Assembly (NCBI GenBank): GCA_002104905.1
Contig: MCFE01000465.1
Span: forward strand, 6,354 to 70,353
Source: Basidiobolus meristosporus CBS 931.73
Taxonomy: Eukaryota > Fungi > Basidiobolomycota
Length of the DNA stretch: 64,000 bases
Reading direction: 5' to 3'
Part shown: positions 51,757 to 62,045 of the stretch, piece by piece
Position numbering within the stretch: the stretch's first letter is position 1
Layout of the letters: the number at the start of each line of letters is the position of its first letter
Notes under the pieces: model-generated
What the model saw: the letters and a program-made list of their open reading frames with translations, nothing else
Told to the model about the DNA's origin: nothing
Database searches by the model: none
Program-made: the position numbers and the translations under genes

Positions 51757-52400
51757 AAAGGAACTGCTGATATCTGCTTGAGGTACACCTATAAGGACCT
51801 AGGACTAGATCAGGTTGGAAACTCCAATGCTAATTGGGGACAAAATTTAGAGGATAGAAGATCCTCTGCAGGATACATCTTTCTTTACTCTTAAGGAGCA
51901 ATTTCATAGAATTCAAGAAAGAAACAAACTGTAGCACTTCCTACCATGGAGGCAGAGTATATGTCAGCCTGTGAAGCCACCCAAAGAAATATGATTTGGT
52001 CCTGCAGGTGGATCCAATCCAGATCAGCCATCAAGATCCAATCAGGAGACTGCAATACTATCAGCAGCTTGAAATTAATGACCATTGACTCAATAGACTT
52101 GTTCTATTAGATAGTGCCACACTGAGCTATGGGTGCCAAATGGAGCCATTGCATGCCAGAAAGGCATAGCAGACCTAAACTTGGCCACTTTGCATGAAGA
52201 TGTAGAGCTATATTTCACACTCTGTGGTGAAAAATAGGCTCACTTGGCCTCCTTGGCACACTATGGCATCATTTGGCACTCATGGCTCAATGTGGTACTA
52301 TCCAACAGAACAAGTCTAATCTTAAGAAGGGATTACAATGGCATTTAGCTAATTTTGCAGCCAAGTAAAGTTAAAAACATAACAGCATTTGTACAGTGTT
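51757..52400 (+). mobile_element. Older Ty1/copia RT-RNase H remnant, interrupted by the MITE
   Basis: KGTADICLRY..NANWGQNLEDRRSSAGYIF..GAIS*NSRK.QTVALPTMEAEYMSACEAT. The right end is approximate. Confidence 0.75.
52095..52317. mobile_element. MITE (223 bp) related to the PIF/Harbinger-superfamily elements downstream
   Basis: Long imperfect TIR AGACTTGTTCT(A/G)TT(A/G)GATAGT(G/A)CCACA; perfect 3-bp TSD AAT (52092-52094 and 52318-52320). Confidence 0.9.
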
Positions 52401-52479
52401 TTGCCAAGGGTGGCATGGCATTGTTGTGGTCTTAGTGTGCTCTACAACTATCTGAGTGGATCTAACCAGCCTGTACAAC

Positions 52480-54299
52480 CCCCTATGAAAAATTTTTGAG
52501 ATGATCCCATCAAAAGGCTGTTACAAAGTTAATGTCCTATGACTGAGAGGTACTGATCTTGTCAGGACTCCATCCAGAGACTGTTGAAAAATAATTGCAC
52601 CCCAGATTTCACAAAAAACTTTGTCAAAATTTTTCATCACAACAATGTATAAGTGGCTTTTGATTGGTTCCCTGCCAATTTGCTCACTTTCTGATATCAG
52701 ACACTCTATTGCCTCCTATGTTTGTGTGAATTGATTGACTATTGCCTCTTTTTCACACTCCTTACTTCCTGACTCAACTGTTTCTCTTACTTTTCATGCG
52801 TACAAATTGATTTATTTCCGTTGAAACTTCAGTTGTACCTCAATTGCCAATTGTATTGACCTATACAAGTCTCTATACCCTACACCAACATTAAGCCCAA
52901 CCTTACACTAAACAAGTAACTCCATTAAAATCCACCACTCAATAAGTATTTCTGCTGTAACACTCTGGTTCCACAACTTTGGCAGGAACCCAACAGCTTT
53001 ATGCCACTGTTCATTCACTGGTTCCCACATGTCCTGGTCTTCAGCCGGCACTGCAAGGTCTAGCTCCTCATCTGCCAGTCTTTGCAATAAATCCTTGCAA
53101 TATTCCAGTGCGTTTTCTTGAGCACTGCTCTTGAAGAAGTGCTGCAACCTCTTGGTGTGCCTATTAATGTTCCAAAACTCCACTGAAGGCATTGTGATAG
53201 TCTTTTGAGCTCTTGATGTTGTAGCCTTGTCTTTCAGTGGGATCTCCACTCTGTCAACAATGGAGGCTGTGGTAGATGAATTGCCTTTTTCAGCAAACTC
53301 ATCTACCTTGCTGGAGTGTAGCTCAACTGGCTGCGCTTCCAACTCTTGTGAAAACAGCTGTTTTCTTGTTGGTAATTCTTCTTGGCTATGATGGGACTCA
53401 GTCTGTTCCTAGCTTGTGGCGTTAATTGGCAAGAACTGCAGTTTTTGTTGCATGCCTCCCTGTCTCAGGCTTGGGTAGGCATTTTTCCCTTTACCTTTTC
53501 CTTTGTCACAGCCAGGTCTTTCACTGCTACTTTGTCTAAGTGCTTCTTGTATAGAACTATGTTTTCTCCTGGATAAATTCTGCTCTGACACATCTGTTTT
53601 GGCTGGCTTGTCCCTTGCTGGCACTCTTCTGGCAACCTGACATTTCTTTTCAGCTTGTTTTGCGCTCTCAACTGTAGTTGTGACAGGATCCTGTAAAAGC
53701 GGCTGGTTTTTATCACTGCCAGGTCCTTCACTGCTACTTTGACTGGGTGCTTCTTGAGTGGTACTACACTTTTTCCTTGATAAATGTTGTGCTGGTGCAT
53801 CCATGTCTGCCTGCTTGTCCTTAAGTGGCACTCTTCCAGCTACCTGACATCTCTTTGACACTTGTCTGGAACTTTTGGCCCTGCTTGTAACAGGCTCTTG
53901 AGGAAGCTGCTGGTTTTTAGCCATGGCACCCTTGTTCTTCTGCCTTTGATAGTTTCTGATATTCTTAAGATACTTTCTTTGCATACCAATGCTGGCCCAA
54001 AATCTGTTTGCCCATTTGAATCCAGGATAATGCTCATGGAACAAGTCAAGTGCATTCTGCTTGGCCTTGGGTTCCTGATGGTCCCATGGTATGCCGGCCT
54101 TAAGGTGATGGCATGCTAGACTTCTGACAGCCTCTTGTATATTAGCCCACTCTTCATTATTGCACTCAATGGCTTCACAGATCTTCAATGTCTTTTGATT
54201 TTTAGGCTTTAGTATAACACCACATTGTCTCCCTCCCATGCGGTGATAGGTTTTTCTGTGGGCTTTATCTTTGGGCACTGTTGTTGTGCTTCAAAGACT
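52480..54299 (-). mobile_element. Unclassified repeat family X, copy 2; decayed ORF of at least 450 aa, continuing 5' at 57696-57830 beyond the inserted transposon A
   Basis: ORFs 53409-54278 and 52908-53342 are in the same frame, separated by one TAG. Homologous to 30506-31680. The ACT TSD of element A joins 54299 to 57696. Confidence 0.7.
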
Positions 54300-55041
54300 A
54301 GACTTGTTCCATTGTACTGTGCCAGGGCGCATGGCACAATCTGTGGTTGTAAAGAACAATCAGGCGCAATATTGTAGCTACCAGAAGGCAGGATTGTTCT
54401 TGAACAATTTTGCACTGTGTGGGACATTCTCACACACTATGGCACAATCTAACATGATGAGGTTGGCATGGATGATTGCGCCAACTTGTAATGTTTGCAT
54501 CATGTGCGCAATTGGATACCGCTATTATGGCAGGTAAAATCCAGTATTTGGATATGTTTCTTTAATGTAAATGGAAATAAATGTGTATCACACTATAAAC
54601 TACACTGATACTTACCATTTTGGTTACCATCACTCCAATTGGACGGATTCTCAGTGGTTAATTGGTTCAAAAGTATCCTGAGGCTGGCAGCCCCTAATTG
54701 GCTCATTGACTACTAAACAAGCTACCTGATTTGCCATCAAATATCCCATTTTGCCCATTGAGAAAGTAAATCCCTGATCCTGGTGATTGGACAAGGTGTC
54801 ATAGCTAGCACGCAAGCAATTGGGTAGGTGCAAAACAGATCTAATAGCTGCACTGGTATTACAGATGATGTATATATACGCAGGGTGTTTATTTATAGGG
54901 GTTCTGTCTCAAATGTGAGACAACCTTGATATTACTTATATCAAAAATTTGATGATCACTGATTTGCAATGGCTTGATTTGGATTGCAAAAAAAAGGGTT
55001 GTTGGGATCATTACAAATAATAGCAATTCAAAGCAATTGCA

Positions 55042-56288
55042 TCATCTTCTCCTGGGTTTTTTTCTGACAGGGATTACTACTGAAGCATTTGGTAGTGACT
55101 CACTTTGCACACCTATACTACTTCCTGGCTGACTATCATCTTGGCTACTTGTGTATTGTAGTCAGTATTTTGCATCCTAGTTGATGAGTGCAATGCTGCA
55201 GCTTGGCCGCGCTGAATTGCTCCAAAAAAACCAACTGAACCGGCCTGGAGTGCCATGCACTGACGTGTTCTTTTACTTGCCAAGGGCTTTGGTGGCTGAG
55301 GCACTTCATGTTGGTCATCATCAGTCAGTTCACCAGAAGTAACCTGCTGATGGTCAGGCAAAACAGCTCACGCAGGCATGCCTTGATGGGTTGAGATGGC
55401 CCTTGGCTGAGTTCAATGTGATGCTACATGTTGATGAGACTTGGTCTGCTCCAATGAACTTGTGTCTAAATGAGCAGTTTGGCAAGCTCTGGTAGTTTTG
55501 CCCTGAAGCATGCGCATTGACCCAATGTGCATTGACTTGATGTGGGGTGCTCTGGTAAAGGGTGTTGGCGTAGTCTGGACTGATGTGCGCTGGCGTGCTG
55601 TGGTTGCAAGAGATGGTAAGGAATCCAGCAAGGCATGCTGGCGCAATCTGGACAATGTTGCTTGCAGCCTATATTCTTCCTCCTGAAGCTCACCATTGGA
55701 TTCTTCAAGGTATTCACTTACCCTCTGTCTGATACTTTGGAGCTGTTGCCTGGATGAGTCCTGTGTATATTGCTCTTGGAAGCCACTTAGCTCTACTAAT
55801 ATATCACATAGTACATTAGTCATTTGAGGCAAAAACTCATTCAAAATCTCTTTGGTTCCCAAATTTGAGGCATGAATGAACATGTCTGGCCCGTACTGAG
55901 CAAATTGTGTGCAAAATTGCTCCTGCATGTCTTCATCATGAAATCCCCTCACTCTCAGCTCATTCTTGATATCAATACTTGTCTTGTTATATATCTTTTT
56001 ACATACATTGGCTGGCATCTTGATGTAGAACTCATGCCACAGCTTTCTACTCAAATTCTTCCATCTTTGTTAACTCTCTGAGGTATCTAGTTCTGCTATA
56101 TTAATCAGTAGTGCCCAAGTATCTGTATGAAGGCTCATCATAGACACTTGGGCCATACTAAAATCATTTGGCAAGAACTTGAACGGATCCAACATTGACT
56201 TATCCGGTCCAGACTGTGCTTGTGAGCTGGGGGATGGGTTTTGTCTGGGTTGTACTAAAGATGAGTTGCAACTTGATATGGGGACCAT
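55042..56288 (-). pseudogene. ORF2 (accessory/DNA-binding protein) of copy A, disrupted by stops
   Basis: Colinear with 59258-60494; in-frame stops and CpG-type substitutions. Confidence 0.8.
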
Positions 56289-56648
56289 AGCAACAGATTT
56301 GGATACTTATATAGCAGTATATTGGCATTGACCTGGTCTTATATGAAATATATATGATAACTACTGTGATTGTTGAATTTTCCATATATTATGCATGATG
56401 CTTCTTGGATTGTGTTGACATGGATCAGATCACATCAATTGCAGATTTCCTATTTTATTATAGACCTATGAGTAAAGCACCAATAAAAGACACCAAGGCA
56501 TTGTTTGCGGATGATTTTTGCAACATAATGATGGGACACATGCCAATTGATGGAGATTTAATAATAATGCATTGAAAATCAGATAAATAACGCAGATTGC
56601 ACCAAATCAATTCGAACCACCTCCATACAATCATCCGCCAATTTTAAT

Positions 56649-57532
56649 ATGAATTACTCATCTGAATGTTCTTTTCTCATCAATCCCATCACTACCACTG
56701 GATTTCCTTTTGACACACTAGAGGAGATCTATCCCAAGTACTGTGAACCATCAGCCCCCATCTACTCAAGGAGATCCCTTGTTAAGCTTCTCTGCTATTA
56801 CAAGAACTATTGCCCTACAAGGTTTCATCCCACCATCCATGGCAACAAACATCCTAGAAGCTTTCATTCCCAGCTGACAGCAATGGAGAACCACCTTGCA
56901 GAGTGTACAAATGACTTGGAGCAGCTTGGAATACTAGGTTCAGAAGCTCCAATAGACTTCCATATCCCAGAGGGTTCAGCAGCAGGTTTCAAATCAGGAG
57001 TATTTTGGATACCTTCCCAGTGAGGATTAACAGACCTTCTTGAGGGCAGGGGCACTTTTATTCTGGCAAGTACAAGGCATACTGTGTGAAGTTTCAAGCA
57101 CTGTCTGACATTGAGGGTAACATCATCTGGTTTAGTGGGCCATTTGCTGGAAGTAGGCATGACAAAGCAATCTGGGTAGAGAATCATCCTGAATTCAGTA
57201 GAGGGGAGAAATGTATGGCAGACTTAGCCTATATAGGAGAGGATTGTCAGAGATTAGGATGTATTACAGCTTATAGGAAGCCAAGGAATGGTGTGCTTAG
57301 CAGGAAGCAGAAGCTCTACAATGAGATATTTAATCCTTTTAGAGTGAGGGTAGAGCACACATATGGATATCTGAAGAGATTCAGCATATTGGCAGGTAAA
57401 TACAGGGGAAAGTCATATACAGGAGAAAACTGCAGAATAAGTAAAATAGTTAAGATACTTATTAATGCATAGTATGTTCATACAAGAAGACATCCACTGA
57501 GAGAAATGTGTCTGGAGCATTATGAAGAGTAA
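56649..57532 (+). pseudogene. Transposase of copy A, inactivated
   Basis: Near-identical to 58014-58898, but with a 1-nt deletion near 56920, AGA>TGA near 57041 and CAG>TAG at 57470-57472. Confidence 0.88.
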
Positions 57533-58013
57533 ATAAAGCAAGGAAAGCACTATTCTGAGCAACATAAGTAAGATTGAGTAAAATTGCCAGTAACTGTATC
57601 ACACCACTGCCGTCATGGTAGAAGTTATAGTGCCAGATTGATCTGGCACTATAAACAGGCTGGCACTATGTGGCACTATCCAACAGAACAAGTCTACTGT
57701 ATGGTGTTCCTCTGCCGTTACATTGGGAAATGGCTCAATTCTTGGCTGTGACATTGAGCTACTTGGGTTCCTTCTTTGCAGCAAAGATACTGCTTACTCT
57801 ACCTGGGATATTGATTGCTCTACATGTATTAGACTTGTTCTGTTAGATAGTGCCACATAGTGCCAGCCTGTTTATGGTGCCGGATCAATCTGGCACCCTA
57901 CGGCACTATCTGGCACTATAATTTCTACCATGATGCCAGAGGTATGATACAGTTACTGGTAATTTTACTCAATCTTACTTATGTTGCTCAGAATAGTGCT
58001 TTCCTTGCTTTAT

Positions 58014-58898
58014 TTACTCTTCATAATGCTCCAGACACATTTCTCTCAGTGGATGTCTTCTTGTATGAACATACTGTGCATTAATAAGTATCTTAACTAT
58101 TTTACCTATTCTGCTGTTTTCACCTATATATGACTTTCCTCTGTATTTACCTGCCAATATGCTGAATCTCTTCAGATATCCATATGTGTGCTCTACCCTC
58201 ACTCTAAAAGGATTAAATATCTCATTGTAGAGCTTCTGCTTCCTGCTAAGCACACCATTCCTTGGCTTCCTATAAGCTGTAATACATCCTAATCTCTGAC
58301 AATCCTCTCCTATATAGGCTAAGTCTGCCATACATTTCTCCCCTCTACTGAATTCAGGATGATTCTCTACCCAGATTGCTTTGTCATGCCTACTTCCAGC
58401 AAATGGCCCACTAAACCAGATGATGTTACCCTCAATGTCAGACAGTGCTTGAAACTTCACACAGTGTGCCTTGTACTTGCCAGAATAAAAGTGCCTCTGC
58501 CCTCTAGAAGGTCTGTTAATCCTCACTGGGAAGGTATCCAAAATACTCCTGATATGGAACCTGTTGCTGAACACTCTGGGATATGGAAGTCTATTGGAGC
58601 TTCTGAACCTAGTATTCCAAGCTTGCTCTAAGTCATTCATACCCTCTGCAAGGTGGTTCTCCATTGCTGTCAGCTGGGAATGAAAGATTCTAGGACTTTT
58701 GTTGCCATGGATGGTGAGATGAAACCTTGTAGGGCAATAGTTCTTGTAATAGCAGAGAAGCTTAACAAGGGATCTCCTTGAGTAGATTGGGGTTGATGGT
58801 CCACAGTACTTGGAATAGATCTCCTCTAGTGTGTCAAAAGGAAATCCAGTGGTAGTGATGGGATTGATGAGAAAAGACCATTCAGATGAGTAAGTCAT
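58014..58898 (-). CDS. DDE_Tnp_4 (IS5/ISL2/Harbinger-type) transposase, 294 aa, apparently intact
   Basis: ILDTFPVRINRP..HFYSGKYKAHCVKFQAL..G..IWFSGPFAGSRHD; MADLAYIG; KQKLYNE..FRVRVEHTYGYLKRFSIL. All three D/D/E residues are present. Confidence 0.92.
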   Translation of the reverse strand: MTYSSEWSFLINPITTTGFPFDTLEEIYSKYCGPSTPIYSRRSLVKLLCYYKNYCPTRFHLTIHGNKSPRIFHSQLTAMENHLAEGMNDLEQAWNTRFRSSNRLPYPRVFSNRFHIRSILDTFPVRINRPSRGQRHFYSGKYKAHCVKFQALSDIEGNIIWFSGPFAGSRHDKAIWVENHPEFSRGEKCMADLAYIGEDCQRLGCITAYRKPRNGVLSRKQKLYNEIFNPFRVRVEHTYGYLKRFSILAGKYRGKSYIGENSRIGKIVKILINAQYVHTRRHPLREMCLEHYEE

Positions 58899-59257
58899 AT
58901 TGAAATTGATGGATGATTGTATGGAGGCAGTTTGAATCAATTTGGCGCAATCTGCGTTATTTATCTGATTTTTAATACATTATGGTTATATCTCCATCAA
59001 TTGCCATGTATCCCATCATTATGTTGCAAAAATCATCCGCAAACAATGCCTTGGTACTTTTACTGATGCTTTAATCATAGGTCTATAATCAAATAGGAAA
59101 TCTGCTATTGATGTGATCTGATCCATGTCAACGCGATCCAAGATGCATCATGCATAATATATGGAAAATTCAACAATCACATTAGTTTTCATATATATTT
59201 CATATAAGACCAGGTTGATGCCAATATACTGCTGTATAAGTATCCAAATCTGTTGCT

Positions 59258-60494
59258 ATGGTCCCCATACCAAGCTGCAACTCATCTTTAGTACAACCCA
59301 GACAAAACCCATCCCCCAGCTCACAAGCACAGTCTGGACCGGAGAAGTCAATATTGGATCCGTTCAAGTTCTTGCCAAATGATTTTAGTATGGCCCAAGT
59401 GTCTATGATGAGCCTTCATACAGATATTTGGGCACTACTGATTAATCTAGCAGAACTAGATACCTCAGAGAGTCGACAAAGATGGAAGAATTTGAGTAGA
59501 AAGCTGTGGCATGAGTTCTACATCAAGATGCCAGCCAATGTATGTAAAAAGATATATAACAAGACAAGTATTGAAATCAAGAATGAGCTGAGAGTGAGGG
59601 GATTTGACAAAGAAGCCGCGCGGGAACAATTTTGCGCGCAATTTGCACAGTACGGGCCGGACGCGTCCATTTGTGCCTCAACTTTGGGAACCAAAGAGAT
59701 TTTGAATGAGTTTTTGCCTCAAATGACTAATGTACTACGTGATATATTAGTAGAGCTAAGTGGCTTCCGAGAGCAATATACACAGGACTCATCCAGGCAA
59801 CAGCTCCAAAGTATCAGACAGAGGGTAAGTGAATACCTTGAGGAATCAGATGGTGAGCTTCAGGAGGAAGAATACAGACCGCGAGCAACATTGTCCAGAT
59901 TGCGCCAGCATGCCTTGCTGGATTCCCTACCATCTCTTGCAACCACAGCGTGCCGGCGCACGTCAGTCCAGACCACGCCAACACCCTTTACCAGAACGCC
60001 CCGACGTCAAGTCAACTGTCAGCGCGCTTCAGAGCAAAACTACAAGAACTTGCCAAACTGCTCATTTAGACACAAGTCCATTGGAGCAGACCAAGTTGCG
60101 TCAACATGCGGCATCACATCAAACTCAGCCAAGGGCCATCTCAACGCGTCAAGGCGCGCCTGCATGTGCCGTTTTGCCTGACCATCAGCAAGTTACTTCT
60201 GGTGAACTGACTGATGATGACCAACATGAAGTGCCTCAACCACCGGAGCCCTTGGCAAGTAAAAGAACGCGTCAGCACGTGGCACTACAGGCCGGTTCAG
60301 TTGGTTCAGTTGGAGCAATTCAGCGCGGCCAAGCTGCAGCATTGCACTCATCAACTAGGAGGCAAAATACTGACTACAAATACACAAGTAGCCAAGATGA
60401 TAGTCAGCCAGGAAGTAGTATAGGTGTGCAAAGTGAGTCACTACCAAATGCTTCAGTAGTAATCCCTGTGAGAAAAAAACCCAGGAGAAGATGA
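59258..60494 (+). pseudogene. ORF2 of copy B (about 410 aa when corrected), with a single frameshift near 60000-60030
   Basis: ORFs 59258-60181 and 59829-60494 overlap, and copy A reads through the junction in frame. Contains SRQRWKNLSRKLW and ends in the NLS-like RKKPRRR*. Confidence 0.8.
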
Positions 60495-61237
60495 TGCAAT
60501 TGCTTTGAATTGCTCACATTTGTAATGATCCCAACAACCCTTTTTTTTTGCGATCCAAATTGAGCCATTGCAAATCAGTGATCATCAAATTTTTGATATA
60601 AGTAATATCAAGGTTGTCTCACATTTGAGACAGAACCCCTATAAATAAACACCCTGCATATATATACGTCATCTGTAATACCAGTGCAGCTATTGGATCT
60701 GTTTTGCACCTACACAATTGCTTGCGTGCTAGCTATGACACCTTGTCCAATCACTAGGATCAGGGATTTACTTGCTCAATGGGCAAAATGGGATATTTGA
60801 TGGCAAATCAGGTAGCTTTTTCAGTAGTCAATGAGCCAATTGGGGGCTGCCAGCTTCAGGATACTTTTGGACCAATTAACCACTGAGATACCGTCCAATT
60901 GGAGTGAGGGTAACCAAAATGGTAAGTATCAGTGTAGTTTATAGTGTGATACACATTTATTTCCATTTACATTAAAGAAACATATCCAAATACCGGATTT
61001 TACCTGCCATTATAGCGGTATCCAATTGCGCACGTGATGCAAACATTACAAGTTGGCGCAATCATCCGCGCCAACCTCATTGTGTCAGATTGTGCCATAG
61101 TGTGCAAGATTGTCCCGCATAGTGCAAAATTGTCCAAGAACAATCCTGCCTTCTGGTAGCTATAATATCGCGCCCAATCGTTCTTTGCGACCGCGGATTG
61201 CGCCGCGTGCCCTGGCATGGTACGATGGAACAAGTCT

Positions 61238-61600
61238 ATACCTTGGAGTAAACATGTACCTGCATGAGCATGATCAGTCTTTACAGTGCACTTGACTTCT
61301 TCAATGCAGCATCTCCAGCTCTTTAAGCAGTATATGATTGCAAGCATCTCCTTCTCATGTAATGCCTAGCTTTGTTCCACTGAGTTCAGTTTCATGGATC
61401 CAAACAGTTTGGTTGTCCTTTCCCTCATGTACTTGGCTCAGTACTTCAACAATTGCATATTCTGAAGCATCTGTGCACATAGTGGACTCTTCTCTGACAC
61501 CAGGTAATCTTAAGCTTTGCAGCTTATCAAGTTCACCCTTGAGTATCTGAAAGGCAGTCTCCAGCTATGTCCACATCAAGGTGTTGTCTTTCTGGAGAGA
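61238..61600 (-). mobile_element. Ty3/gypsy RNase H remnant
   Basis: TDASEYAIVEVLSQ and HEKEMLAIIYCLKSWRCCIEEVKCTVKTDH; runs right up to the end of copy B. Confidence 0.8.
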
Positions 61601-62045
61601 TCAGTTAAGGGCTGCAATACTTGTGTACAAGTCATGGTATAAGAGTGTAGAGAATAGGAGTTAGCTAGTATGTATTCACTAAAACTTCGAATGAGTCATC
61701 TTACTTGTCCAGCAGCTGCCTATTATTTAGATTGTAGCTCATGCTATGATTGTCATCTAAATAGTACTATAGATCATTGCTGATTGCATCATCATACCAA
61801 TGCTACTATCTGATATACTGTCTAGCAGTGATATTGCTGATAACACTGAAACTATATGCTGATATCTGATTCAGACATATATAATGATGACTACTGATCT
61901 AACTTAAACATACAAGCAGCAGATCATAACATTCTCCCTACTAAAGTTGAGAGGGTTCTCCTTAATCTCTTTTCTTGCAATACCAATATCTTGATGGTTC
62001 AGTATTATCAGCAAGTCTTGCAAGCTTAAATCTGTCCTATGCACT

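Larger units (their letters stand above)
54300..57695 (+). mobile_element. Full-length two-gene DNA transposon copy A (PIF/Harbinger-ISL2EU-Pangu group), 3396 bp
   Basis: TIR AGACTTGTTC/GAACAAGTCT; perfect TSD ACT (54297-54299 and 57696-57698); divergent ORF2 (-) and DDE_Tnp_4 transposase (+); subterminal TGGCACTAT repeats. Confidence 0.92.
57831..61237 (-). mobile_element. Copy B of the same transposon, inverted relative to A
   Basis: AGACTTGTTC at 57831 and GAACAAGTCT ending at 61237; flanks ATT/ATA do not match. Confidence 0.92.

Noticed and set aside
57600-57930. Short TGGCACTAT/ATAGTGCCA repeats resembling an array
   Set aside because: They are subterminal repeats of transposon ends A and B, not CRISPR or satellite DNA.
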